From positions 1 through 64,000 of the IMG/VR virus record IMGVR_UViG_3300048074_000120: a stretch of DNA of 64,000 nucleotides; one strand, written 5' to 3'. Source of the DNA: a virus. The first letter of the stretch is position 1; each line of letters starts with the position of its first letter. Shown piece after piece: positions 8,970-18,135 of this stretch. Below the pieces are notes generated by a model. That model was not told the origin of the DNA, searched no databases, and saw only the letters and a list, made by a program, of their open reading frames with translations. A program made the position numbers and the translations under genes.

Positions 8970-10303
8970 AGTGTCTCCGCTCTAAAGAGCTTTCGAACCC
9001 GGATGTCAAACCAGAACCAGTTCACCATCAAACTGGCCATCATGTGGTAATTGAACCGAGCCACGATGGCGTACTTGGCCCAAAACTTCTCCTCGGAGAA
9101 GGCACCCTTATGGTCACGGTAGTCAGGTAGGGGCTTTCGATTGATGGCAGTAACGGCAATGGTGAGCCCCATCAAGTGGTACTTGTCCATCAAGTAGCGG
9201 TCACTGGGACGAAGGCTCACAGCTTCCTCACCGATCATGCGCTTTACGACAAGGTCTTCCTCCGCTGCGTATGATTGAAACTCCGCTTCGAACACCCCAG
9301 GATGTATCGGCACCGTCTGGGACACACGCCCAGTGATGATGAGCTCGCTCAGATCAAGGGGCTTCAATCGAGCCTCGATGATGGCTTTCTGCTCCTCGTT
9401 GTTGAGCATGTCCTTGAAGAGGGCGTTCTTCAATCGGCTCAGCTGGAACTCATCCATGTCATCGAGGAGTTCCTTCTTGGCCTCCTCGGAGAGGGGCTTT
9501 TCAGTAGACCCAGCACCGCCCGCAGGCCCCGCCATAGAGTCCTTGATTTCCTGCTGATCTTGATTGGCTTCGCCAGACTCTGATCGTTGGCGAGCTTGCT
9601 GGAATTCTTCCAGAGCCTTTAGTCCATCGACAGTTTCCGGGCGTAGACCACCCGTGCCGGCGGCAGATGCACCGCGAAGCTGGGCAGGCGAGATGAACTG
9701 CTTATTGCGAATGACCCCGTGCTTGAGCGCCATCGCCGGCTGATTTGCCGCGAACATGCTGCCAGGACCCGTTCTAAAGTCGGGGTCCTGTGTGGCCTGC
9801 TCGGGCAGCATGTCATCCCGTCGCAGGTTTGCCGGGAGCTGCTGCGTTGCCGTGCGTGTTTGGACAGGTGCCTGCTGGTGGGTATCCCCTGCGATGATCC
9901 CCGGGCTGCCATAGTTCAAGGCAGGCTCGTTCCCCAAAGAGGAAAGGACTGAGTCCAGGTTGGGAATGATGCTTGGCTGAGGCATCCCCCGCTGTCGACG
10001 CGCTTGATCTGCCATGGTGCCGTCCGTTGCATCGCTGGCCAGGTGGGGGACAGGCACGTCCGGTCCACCGGCAACTGGCTCGTTGTAGCGAGGAAGTGGC
10101 GCGGGTTGTGATCGCCGGCGCCCCTCAGCCCCCCGTGCGTATTGGAGAGCAACTGGGCTTGCCACTGCCGGATCGATGAAGGGTTGCCGCGGCGCCCGCG
10201 GATCGGGCCCAAGCCGCGTAGGGTTCGCCTGATCCCGGCGTGTGGTGGTGGGGGCAACACCTGGTCCGCCCGGGTCCGTTACACTTCCGACGTCTCTTTT
10301 CAT
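8957..10303 (-). CDS. Tail assembly chaperone (gpG-like) with long P/Q/A-rich N-terminal region
   Basis: C-terminal ~160-aa globular region ends ...TLGNG* on a lambda-G/T-type slippery heptamer; function inferred mainly from the frameshift architecture. Confidence 0.6.
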   Translation of the reverse strand: MKRDVGSVTDPGGPGVAPTTTRRDQANPTRLGPDPRAPRQPFIDPAVASPVALQYARGAEGRRRSQPAPLPRYNEPVAGGPDVPVPHLASDATDGTMADQARRQRGMPQPSIIPNLDSVLSSLGNEPALNYGSPGIIAGDTHQQAPVQTRTATQQLPANLRRDDMLPEQATQDPDFRTGPGSMFAANQPAMALKHGVIRNKQFISPAQLRGASAAGTGGLRPETVDGLKALEEFQQARQRSESGEANQDQQEIKDSMAGPAGGAGSTEKPLSEEAKKELLDDMDEFQLSRLKNALFKDMLNNEEQKAIIEARLKPLDLSELIITGRVSQTVPIHPGVFEAEFQSYAAEEDLVVKRMIGEEAVSLRPSDRYLMDKYHLMGLTIAVTAINRKPLPDYRDHKGAFSEEKFWAKYAIVARFNYHMMASLMVNWFWFDIRVRKLFRAETLGNG

Positions 10304-10348
10304 GCAACATCACTCCTGGCGTACAGCGTACGCCTAATAAGTAGCTAG

Positions 10349-10381
10349 AAAAAAGGCTGGGGTCAAGAGACCGATCCAGCC
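10349..10381 (-). terminator. Rho-independent terminator
   Basis: GGCTGG-ATCGGTCTCTTGACC-CCAGCC followed by TTTTTT on the minus strand. Confidence 0.6.
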
Positions 10382-10845
10382 ACAAGAATCTCGAGCACCT
10401 CAGCGGACGACAGTCCATCGGGTATTTCCCGCAAATGAGCTAACTTCAACCCAGTAAGTGCCGGGCGAGATTGCCAGTACTTCCAAGAGTCTACTCGAAG
10501 AAGTACATGAGCGAGGGGGCCCGTAATACGGTTTGCCCCCCGCCGTAGCTCATGGTTGGGGATGAGAATGTCGGAAAGCTTCTGCCCTTGTAGTAGAAGT
10601 AAAGCCGCCTTGTGACTCAAGTACATCGTGGAGATTTCAACAAGGCCCCAGTCGAGCCTCAGTGAGCCACTGACATGCGTGCGCCGCTCGAAGGCGAATG
10701 ACGTGATAACTCCGGCGGCCCTCCCCCAATCGGTGCGATACCAGTCTATTTCTCCGGAACCTTTGCAAATCCTTTCGGGGCCGGGGGCGGTGGTGGCTGG
10801 GGTGCTGTTCTCACTTTCATTGAATAGCGTCTGCAAATTGGGCAT
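10363..10845 (-). CDS. Hypothetical protein
   Basis: 160-aa ORF with GGAG RBS. Confidence 0.6.
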   Translation of the reverse strand: MPNLQTLFNESENSTPATTAPGPERICKGSGEIDWYRTDWGRAAGVITSFAFERRTHVSGSLRLDWGLVEISTMYLSHKAALLLLQGQKLSDILIPNHELRRGANRITGPLAHVLLRVDSWKYWQSRPALTGLKLAHLREIPDGLSSAEVLEILVAGSVS

Positions 10846-11012
10846 TTTCCAAACTCCGGTCGTGATCCGTCCGGGGGAATCAAGTCACCAGGCTTTAGCC
10901 CGGCGGAGATCCCATGCTCGAACTTCAACTGCCCACTACACCCGATTCGGGAGCAACAGGCAATGTATTCTCCATAGAGGGCGTCACTAGGCCCTGCAAC
11001 TCTGTAGGACAT
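10746..11012 (-). CDS. Small Cys-rich protein with Pro-rich tail
   Basis: Likely start MSYRVAG at 11012; CCSRIGC...CPIC. Confidence 0.5.
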   Translation of the reverse strand: MSYRVAGPSDALYGEYIACCSRIGCSGQLKFEHGISAGLKPGDLIPPDGSRPEFGKCPICRRYSMKVRTAPQPPPPPAPKGFAKVPEK

Positions 11013-11299
11013 TGAGATTTTTCCCTGGCTTCCTGCATGCGTAAAATCGCCTGCAATACCTCTCGCTTTGATACTTCTTGGGCTCCCCCCTCGGGGAAAG
11101 AGAACTTCCCCTCGAGGAGTGCCAGTCGTATCGATTCCTTTGCCATGACCAGGAGGTAGCGAAGCTCCCGGTCGAGTTTGTCCCAGAAATGAACGGCCAT
11201 CGTGTGGCAGTCCTCGCAAACAAATACCTCGGCGAACAGCTTGGCCCTGCTGGGCTCAACCAACCTCTTACAGTTCATGCAGGACAGTCCATCAGCCAT
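10925..11299 (-). CDS. Zinc-finger protein
   Basis: Likely start MADGLSCMNC at 11299; second pair CEDC. Confidence 0.65.
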   Translation of the reverse strand: MADGLSCMNCKRLVEPSRAKLFAEVFVCEDCHTMAVHFWDKLDRELRYLLVMAKESIRLALLEGKFSFPEGGAQEVSKREVLQAILRMQEAREKSQCPTELQGLVTPSMENTLPVAPESGVVGS

Positions 11300-11603
11300 G
11301 GTCCACCTTCTTTTGCTTACGGACTTTCTTCTTGGACTTACCAGCCTTTGGATTCTCACCATCCCAGAGCACTGTCCATTCAGTCCCTTCACGCGCTTCT
11401 CGTTGTACGTCGATGAAAAGGACTCGTTTGACAGACTGCCAAGGGACAACAATAGCTGCACTGTTGTCAGAGCTCACCATGGATAGGGCCACGTCAGCCA
11501 CGACAGAACGCTCTACTGCGTGGCGCAGCACTTTTTCATCCACGTACAAAAACTGGTAGTAGTTGCCCTCTTTGTTCTCGATGGCAACGTCGACTAAATT
11601 CAT
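11292..11603 (-). CDS. Hypothetical protein
   Basis: 103-aa ORF coupled to neighbours. Confidence 0.65.
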   Translation of the reverse strand: MNLVDVAIENKEGNYYQFLYVDEKVLRHAVERSVVADVALSMVSSDNSAAIVVPWQSVKRVLFIDVQREAREGTEWTVLWDGENPKAGKSKKKVRKQKKVDHG

Positions 11604-11932
11604 GGTTTTACCTGTTGTAGGTATTGTAGGTTTCGATTATCGGTAACCGCCGAGACGCGAGCCTCTTCCCGCTTGGCGATGATTGTGGCAACTGCCTCGG
11701 GGATCTCTAGTTGGCTGGCTAGGATGAAATCCAGCACGGTATCGAGGTCACCCCTGCAATCTGCCAGAAGGGTAGCCGCCTCATTGAAAGCTTTGACTAC
11801 GCTCTTGTGCTGCAGTTCAAGCAGCCCGTGTTCCTGCCGTAGGCGATCAAGCTCTAGCTCTTGCGCTTGTGGCCGGTACCCTGCTATCTGCTGCTTGATT
11901 CGATCAGCAATTGAATCATTTGAAAAAGGCAC
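11600..11932 (-). CDS. Coiled-coil hypothetical protein
   Basis: 110-aa ORF with heptad-like pattern. Confidence 0.65.
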   Translation of the reverse strand: MPFSNDSIADRIKQQIAGYRPQAQELELDRLRQEHGLLELQHKSVVKAFNEAATLLADCRGDLDTVLDFILASQLEIPEAVATIIAKREEARVSAVTDNRNLQYLQQVKP

Positions 11933-12311
11933 TGATTTGGGTCCAACCCACGGTCGCCCCGGGGTCTTTTGTTACCAGTACGTTTGTGGGATTCCTGGCC
12001 CTTGACGCGAGCATGGTGTCGACGTCGCTTCGCGTAATGGGGCGGGATGTGAGCGCTAAGTAAAAGCGCATTGAGGGAGGCCAGTTCTCTGGGAACTGTG
12101 TCCCTGCGGGCAAGGGGGCATCTTGTTCTTGCCACTGTACCCAGACGGCATAGCGATGTATCCCGCTGGCTTCCTCAAGGGTCTTCAACCAAGCGTCGAG
12201 TGCGCGTGCCTTCTCTGTCTTTACGTTTCCGCTAGCATCCAGCGTTCCGAGACGAGCAAATTCAACAAGCGTCTCGTAGTCGTGCTGTTGCAGCGTAATT
12301 GGGAATGGCAT
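11916..12311 (-). CDS. Hypothetical protein
   Basis: 131-aa ORF in operon. Confidence 0.7.
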   Translation of the reverse strand: MPFPITLQQHDYETLVEFARLGTLDASGNVKTEKARALDAWLKTLEEASGIHRYAVWVQWQEQDAPLPAGTQFPENWPPSMRFYLALTSRPITRSDVDTMLASRARNPTNVLVTKDPGATVGWTQISAFFK

Positions 12312-12314
12312 GAA

Positions 12315-13139
12315 TCACCTGCCTTGAATGGTACCACCCTCTGGTTTCTTCCTGAGGAAAGGTGGGGTATCCACCTGGTCCTCATCGAAGGGGATAATTT
12401 TCCCCTTGAATACATCGACCATTGTATCGACAAGCATCTGCAGCATGTGCAGCGTCCCTGAGTTCTCAATGACGTAGTCAAACTTTGAGTCGTCCCAAAG
12501 AAGGAGTTCACGCTCGCTCGAGTGCGTGTGATCCATCACTTCCATATCGAAAGGTTTGTCCACGTAGCGTTTGACGCGCACAACTTTCCCACCCTGGTCG
12601 CGTACTCCGTAGTACTCGTTGAAGTACCTTAGGTCGCTGAACACTACGCCCTCTGCCGGGACCGGAGGGATTTCAGCGATAGTGCCGTACTCCACCAACG
12701 TTGGCTTGAACACACCACGCCATGGTAAGTACCGGCGCTCTTTATCGCCCAGCAGTAGCTTTGCCTGACGCACACCGTACTCAACCCAAATATCCTCGTA
12801 GCAGGAGCGTCCCCAACCAGTGCCGAGTGCTTGCAAAGCATACCTTGGGGTCAAGTACTCAACGTCATGAACAGTCACGTCCGTTGAACCGTCCAAAGGA
12901 CGATCCTTTGGGCGCGGGTAGCGCATGTCCGGAAGGACGCGTAACTCGCTGGTACCCCACAGCTGCTCCCTACTAAATCCAAAGATCTCCATGCAGAAGC
13001 GCTTCAGCGGATCTGCCCAAGCAATAGGGGAAAACCTGTGCTTCACCATCAAGCATTTCGCTAGCTCATCTTTACCAGCGCCAGCGATACGACGGTGCCC
13101 TTTGGAGTCTTCACAACACCCAGTGATTCCTATGATCAT
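12315..13139 (-). CDS. Deoxynucleoside monophosphate (dNMP) kinase
   Basis: IIGITG...GAGKD P-loop, WADPLK, PRYALQALGTGWGR, VFSDLRYFNE, HSSE, DYVIENSG as in T4 gp1/T5 dNMP kinases. Confidence 0.9.
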   Translation of the reverse strand: MIIGITGCCEDSKGHRRIAGAGKDELAKCLMVKHRFSPIAWADPLKRFCMEIFGFSREQLWGTSELRVLPDMRYPRPKDRPLDGSTDVTVHDVEYLTPRYALQALGTGWGRSCYEDIWVEYGVRQAKLLLGDKERRYLPWRGVFKPTLVEYGTIAEIPPVPAEGVVFSDLRYFNEYYGVRDQGGKVVRVKRYVDKPFDMEVMDHTHSSERELLLWDDSKFDYVIENSGTLHMLQMLVDTMVDVFKGKIIPFDEDQVDTPPFLRKKPEGGTIQGR

Positions 13140-13408
13140 GTGGTTCCTTTTCTCGCACTAAGGACCTCAGCTATGAATTGTTCAGCCATGCGCGCAGCGC
13201 AGCCTCCTCTGCCTCCGAGAGTCTTGACAGAGTCCTCGTTGTAAAACTTACCGTGTCTGCCACCCTGCCACACCGCGACTAGGGTAAACGTATTGCCGTG
13301 CCCTGCAGGCTGGACTGTTACAACCGCACCCGTTTTCTGGCTGAGCCAAGGGGTGTGCTTGCTGAACTCCGCACGCAACAGTTGCAGTAAGTGCTCTTCT
13401 CGCTTCAT
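13136..13408 (-). CDS. Hypothetical protein
   Basis: Track ORF 13136..13456; internal ATG (MKREEH) avoids overlap with the divergent gene. Confidence 0.5.
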   Translation of the reverse strand: MKREEHLLQLLRAEFSKHTPWLSQKTGAVVTVQPAGHGNTFTLVAVWQGGRHGKFYNEDSVKTLGGRGGCAARMAEQFIAEVLSARKGTT

Positions 13409-13417
13409 AGTTGACCG

Positions 13418-13846
13418 GTGCCAACAGAATATACTCCTGAGGCGAATCCAGCCCACAGCAGATTGCTCGAGCTAGCGGCACGTGTCATCCCGACCGTGCT
13501 CGACTTATGGCGCGAGCATAAGAGCATCGAACCTACACTTCTACTGTGGCCGACGCGTGTGATAACCGCGAGAACGGGGGAACCCGTTACGCTGGTGACC
13601 GTGGACCTACCGACAGACGCAGCTCAGCGACGCCCCAAGATACTTGAAGCCGCCAAGGCGTGCGACGCCTACGGACTACTGCTCACCGAGCAGCTAGAAG
13701 ATTCAGTACGAATGATCCTCGAGAGTAAGCACGGGACCAGGACGTGGAGGTTCCCCATAAAAAGGCATGGAGACGTCTGCATCCTCGGTCAGCCGAGCTA
13801 CAGGGATAACTCCGAGTCTATCGGAGTGCGCTGGCAGGCGAACTAG
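13418..13846 (+). CDS. Hypothetical protein
   Basis: 142-aa ORF, isolated plus-strand gene. Confidence 0.6.
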   Translation: MPTEYTPEANPAHSRLLELAARVIPTVLDLWREHKSIEPTLLLWPTRVITARTGEPVTLVTVDLPTDAAQRRPKILEAAKACDAYGLLLTEQLEDSVRMILESKHGTRTWRFPIKRHGDVCILGQPSYRDNSESIGVRWQAN

Positions 13847-14859
13847 AGTTCGACGCTCTGGTTATTGCTGCCGTTTGCCTTGGCTGCATGCTCACGAGCT
13901 AACTGCATGTTCAAGCGGTCGGCGTCCGTCAGCTCGTCACGGTCGAGCAAGTCCTGATCGATGATGACCCCATTGACGCGGTAAACGCCGTCCTCGAGTT
14001 CGCCTTCGATTTCATTCTCAGCTTTCTCAACCACCACAGGAGCTGGACCCTTTGTCTTTTTTACCTTCTTGGCCGCCGTCTTTGCCGCAGCAGTACTCTT
14101 TGACGTAGAGGCAGCGGGACTACTCCCACCAAGGACGTCCTGCTCTAAGCGAGCCACGGCCTTTACCATCGCACTCTGCGCAGTGCTGACGCCTTCGTCA
14201 AACGACACTTTTGGGAAGGAGGTCTTCGCCGACTCCATGGTCTTGATGGCCATGGCGATACTCTCGATGACCTTTCCCCAGCAGCTGATGTCTTCCATCA
14301 CCGGGCGCAGAGAGGCCTGCTTGCCATTCGCCTTGCGGGCGGCTGGGGTTGCCGACGGTTGCGCTGCTTGGGTGACAGGCGCAACTTCAATGTCCTGCTG
14401 CGGCTTGGCGCGAGGTGCGCGCTTTGCCGGGGTCTTCTTGCCCTTACCCTTAGCTCCCTTACTGACCTTGGCAGGCTTTGCTGCCGCAGCTTCCTTGGCC
14501 TTTGGTGGTCTCCCAAGCTTGGTCGGCTTCTCCGCGGGCTTTGCCGCAGCTTTCTTGGGGGCCTTCTTCGCCGTCTTCTTCGCAGCTTTCTTAGGCGCCG
14601 CCGCTACCTTGGCGGGTTTTGCCGTCTTGGCAGCGGGCTTTGCGGGCTTTGCCACTTTCTTCTTAGCCGCAGGTTTCTTAGCAGCATTCGTATCGACGCC
14701 AAAGTGCGAGGCCACAAGCGCCTTTGCCTTTTTCTTGTCTGCCTCGGAGAGCTCCTGAGTCTTGCCGATGGCGCGGTTGGCGCCTGTGGCATCTTTGTAC
14801 TTCCCTGCCTTGAGGTTTTCTTTGATTGTTGCGAGAGTGAATTTCTTATAGCTGCTCAT
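13843..14859 (-). CDS. Histone H1-like Lys/Ala/Pro-rich protein
   Basis: About 100 aa of AAKKPAAKKKVAKPAK-type repeats, a helical domain and an acidic C-terminus. Confidence 0.75.
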   Translation of the reverse strand: MSSYKKFTLATIKENLKAGKYKDATGANRAIGKTQELSEADKKKAKALVASHFGVDTNAAKKPAAKKKVAKPAKPAAKTAKPAKVAAAPKKAAKKTAKKAPKKAAAKPAEKPTKLGRPPKAKEAAAAKPAKVSKGAKGKGKKTPAKRAPRAKPQQDIEVAPVTQAAQPSATPAARKANGKQASLRPVMEDISCWGKVIESIAMAIKTMESAKTSFPKVSFDEGVSTAQSAMVKAVARLEQDVLGGSSPAASTSKSTAAAKTAAKKVKKTKGPAPVVVEKAENEIEGELEDGVYRVNGVIIDQDLLDRDELTDADRLNMQLAREHAAKANGSNNQSVEL

Positions 14860-14952
14860 GATCGTGTACCTATTCCATGTGACAAAACAAAACTGAGTCG
14901 ACCAGCTGCTGCTGGACGCTGCGATTAGTGATTATGCTGCCCACGTCGGGGT

Positions 14953-15396
14953 TCAAGTGTCTTTCGTTACAGCCTTTGCCGGCACTGGCTGCGGAGCGCT
15001 GCTCGGTCTAGCAGGGTAGACGGTGTCGTAGTGCCGCTTTATCGAGGTAAGCTGAGCCATGGACTCCTGCCTAGCTAGCCCAGTCCTGTGCGGGACGTTG
15101 AGTGCCGACACGACTTTCCCTGGGCCAATGATCTTTTGCGTGTCGTAATGAATCTCGTACCCCCCACCATCTACTTCCATGACGCTAACAACGGGGGCAT
15201 ACCCGATGGGTACCTCATCCAGTACGAACCAAAGCAAGTCTCCTGCCACAGGCAGACCGCCCTTTGGCTCTGAGGCAAGGGGGACAAAAGCGTCTCCGCC
15301 GACATCCCACTTGTAGAAGAAGAACCAACTCTCCGTATCCCCACCAGCGGCAGGTGCGGGGTCCTTACCGTTCATTGCATAGACGAAGTAGCGCAT
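14953..15396 (-). CDS. Hypothetical protein
   Basis: Likely start MRYFVYAM at 15396 with AAGGAG RBS (track ORF extends antisense into the next gene). Confidence 0.6.
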   Translation of the reverse strand: MRYFVYAMNGKDPAPAAGGDTESWFFFYKWDVGGDAFVPLASEPKGGLPVAGDLLWFVLDEVPIGYAPVVSVMEVDGGGYEIHYDTQKIIGPGKVVSALNVPHRTGLARQESMAQLTSIKRHYDTVYPARPSSAPQPVPAKAVTKDT

Positions 15397-15510
15397 GGAA
15401 CTCCTTGAAACTTGCCAGTCAAATAAAAGCACGAAGGCGTTCGAAGTCAATAGGATTGTAGCAACTACAACAAAACGAGCCCTCATGCGGGGATAATAAG
15501 CCTGAGGAAC

Positions 15511-16425
15511 ATGAATTACGAGGAAGCTCAAGCCATCATGGACCAGCACCGCGCAGCGGTGCAGAAGTGCGCAGGGGCAGTAAAAGCCAAGGCCAGCCCT
15601 ATTCGCCGCCGTCTGGAGAATGAAACTACATTGAATGTTGTATCGGAGGTCTTTACCACAGGCTGCGCCCCCGAGTACGAACTGAGAATCTTCAACAACC
15701 CCATCATCATCTACCAAAAGGGCCACTTTTCCATCAACGACCACGGCTGGTATAGCCGAACAACACATATGCGGCTGAACCAATACATGCCGCAAGGCTT
15801 CAGCATACGTACTCGTAGGATCCCCCAGCTACCTGGCATCAAGTATGTGGGTTTGGTCAAAACCCCGTTTGGCACGTACCCCTACAATATGCCAATGTCA
15901 TTTGGCTATGACGGCGCGTACATAGCCAGCTGGTACACACACGAGGCAGAAGCCGCCCTCGTGGCGATGCCGGGCTACATCGAGGAGTACCTCAAGCGGC
16001 TGCTCGATCATTCCCCGTGGGACAACGAGCGTAGCTACGACTACTCCTTACTCGACAAGAACCCCTTCGGGCATAGTTGCACATTGGCGCGTTGCATCAT
16101 CGAGAACTTTCACCTCGATACCTTAGCCATGACCGCGCTAACCGCCATAGAGACCACGGCAGCTTCACCCGATGAGTTTCACGAAGGTCTTACTCTCTCC
16201 GAAATAATCGGGGTTCTTACCAAGGATGGAGCGGAGCCCTTCAAGACCCCTCGCACGGCAAGTCAACTTGCCTTTCGTGAGGAAAACGCAATCAAGTATC
16301 GACACAAGATCCCAAACATCCCAAAGGCTTGGATCCTGGCAAAGCTACGACCAGTCCTCTATGAGTACATCGTCAACTCTCTAGGATTTGCCCGGGCAGA
16401 ATGGAATAGGCGCAACAATGGTTAG
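15511..16425 (+). CDS. Hypothetical protein
   Basis: 304-aa ORF with GAGGA RBS. Confidence 0.75.
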   Translation: MNYEEAQAIMDQHRAAVQKCAGAVKAKASPIRRRLENETTLNVVSEVFTTGCAPEYELRIFNNPIIIYQKGHFSINDHGWYSRTTHMRLNQYMPQGFSIRTRRIPQLPGIKYVGLVKTPFGTYPYNMPMSFGYDGAYIASWYTHEAEAALVAMPGYIEEYLKRLLDHSPWDNERSYDYSLLDKNPFGHSCTLARCIIENFHLDTLAMTALTAIETTAASPDEFHEGLTLSEIIGVLTKDGAEPFKTPRTASQLAFREENAIKYRHKIPNIPKAWILAKLRPVLYEYIVNSLGFARAEWNRRNNG

Positions 16426-16921
16426 AGTTCTAGTTCAGCATTCAATATTCGTTGAAGTCCCCATGGAGCTACCCACGAGCTGCCCGCACTGCCACGCCTG
16501 GTTCGAGGACATAGACGAAAGCAACCTACTCATCTACCGCTCGGTCAGGGTGCAAGGAAGAACATCCCTAGTAATGGGGACTGGAGCGTTGGCAGAAGTC
16601 CTTGATGGCTACGATGAGGTCAATGGCGACCACGGGAAGATCGTGGGATTTGGTTGTCGTCGTTGCAAAAAACCAATTCTTTCTCCCCACTCCCGCACGT
16701 GGACTCTCAAAGACATGCTGCCATCAACGGCAGCTCAACTGAGGACCTTGCTGTACGACAGCAACGTTCGGGATCCATTCATTCGTCAGAAAGTATTTGG
16801 GTCCCACAAGGATTCGGGCTATCAAGGCGATTGCGAAGCGTGCAACATTGAGGCAAGGATAGGTACAAGAGATGTGCCGCATCCTATCGATGCACGACTT
16901 CATACCTGCAAACGCCAATGA
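16388..16921 (+). CDS. Cys/His-rich zinc-binding hypothetical protein
   Basis: CPHC, CRRC, CEAC...H...HTC. Confidence 0.65.
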   Translation: MPGQNGIGATMVRVLVQHSIFVEVPMELPTSCPHCHAWFEDIDESNLLIYRSVRVQGRTSLVMGTGALAEVLDGYDEVNGDHGKIVGFGCRRCKKPILSPHSRTWTLKDMLPSTAAQLRTLLYDSNVRDPFIRQKVFGSHKDSGYQGDCEACNIEARIGTRDVPHPIDARLHTCKRQ

Positions 16922-17664
16922 CATCCACAAACCGTAACCCCGCTGTTTATCATGAAAACTATGAAACACCCCGCTGGGTGGTACACCGTTTACTCGAGGA
17001 GGTTTGGCTGCCCCCAGGGCATTGGATTGAACCCTGTGCTGCCAACGGCAGGATCATCCAGGCTGTTTGTGAAGACCGCCCCGGATGCATCAGCTTCACT
17101 GCCGTGGAACTGAGAAAGGAATGTCTACCCAACCTGCTACTAGCGGGACCACAGCTACTGGAGGCTGGACGAAAAAAGAACGACCCACGTCTAATCCATT
17201 GCCCGCGGGACTTCATCAAGGGATTTAGCCCGAGTGAACATCGTCCACTCATCGAAGGGACTGGCAGCTACTTCGACGTAGCCATCACAAACCCGCCCTT
17301 CTCAAAGTCCTTTGAGATTCTATCGAAGTGCCTGGTCATTGCCGAGTATGTCGCCATGCTCCAACGCACTGACTGGCTCAGCGGTGGGTCAAACAACGGT
17401 AAGAACGAGTTCCTGCGAAGCTACCCGCCCAACGTGCATCCTCTTCCCGATCGCATCAAGTTCATGGTCAATGGGCAATTCCCTCGCTACCCCATGGACT
17501 TCGAGAAGGTAGAGCTTCGAGGCAAGACAATGCCCGGAGATTCTAGCGACTACTCTTGGTTCGTGTGGCCACCTAAAAATGAACGACGACGAGACTTTGG
17601 CCTAGTAAGAAACTTAGGGATCACTTCTTTGGAGGAACGTACACAGAATGAACTATCTGGATAA
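16918..17664 (+). CDS. Orphan DNA amino-methyltransferase (N6-adenine likely)
   Basis: WIEPCAANG (motif I), AVEL (motif II), AITNPPFS (motif IV). Confidence 0.85.
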   Translation: MTSTNRNPAVYHENYETPRWVVHRLLEEVWLPPGHWIEPCAANGRIIQAVCEDRPGCISFTAVELRKECLPNLLLAGPQLLEAGRKKNDPRLIHCPRDFIKGFSPSEHRPLIEGTGSYFDVAITNPPFSKSFEILSKCLVIAEYVAMLQRTDWLSGGSNNGKNEFLRSYPPNVHPLPDRIKFMVNGQFPRYPMDFEKVELRGKTMPGDSSDYSWFVWPPKNERRRDFGLVRNLGITSLEERTQNELSG

Positions 17665-18115
17665 ATTCTGGCGTAAGGTCAACAGAGAAGGCCCAATACA
17701 TCCAAAACTAAAGACACGTTGTTGGCTTTGGCTAGCTGGAAAATTCCCTAGTGGGTACGGTTCTTATTACATAAATGGGCATGACCGAGGAGCGCACCGG
17801 GTAGCCTGGTATCTAGTGTACGGGAAATGGCCGGCACAATTCTGTTTGCACAAATGCGACAACCCTTCCTGCGTACGCCCAAGCCACTTGTTCAATGGCA
17901 CGCCTAAGGACAACATGCGTGACAAAATTATGAAAGGCCGCGATACACGCGGGGAAAAGGTCTGCACCGCTAAGCTGAAGATCAAAGACATTAGGGCGAT
18001 TAGAGCAAAGTACGCCAGTAGAAAATATTCACAGGCACAACTAGCGGCTATGTACAAGGTGGTACAACCGCATATCTCGCGTATAGTTCGTGCCGCTTCT
18101 TGGCGGCACGTCTAA
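17648..18115 (+). CDS. HNH homing endonuclease with C-terminal HTH
   Basis: FWRKVN...CWLW...GYG...AHRVAW...LHKCDNPSCVRPSHLFNGTPKDNMRD. Confidence 0.92.
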   Translation: MNYLDKFWRKVNREGPIHPKLKTRCWLWLAGKFPSGYGSYYINGHDRGAHRVAWYLVYGKWPAQFCLHKCDNPSCVRPSHLFNGTPKDNMRDKIMKGRDTRGEKVCTAKLKIKDIRAIRAKYASRKYSQAQLAAMYKVVQPHISRIVRAASWRHV

Positions 18116-18135
18116 CTGCTGCTACCCTTGGTTGA

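Noticed and set aside
14069-14928. Long plus-strand ORFs (229 aa, 189 aa) with apparent hydrophobic F/L/A/G repeats
   Set aside because: Antisense shadows of the low-complexity Lys/Ala-rich H1-like gene
14953-15795. 280-aa version of the minus-strand ORF
   Set aside because: The upper 133 codons overlap the plus-strand gene 15511..16425; a good AAGGAG RBS supports the start at 15396
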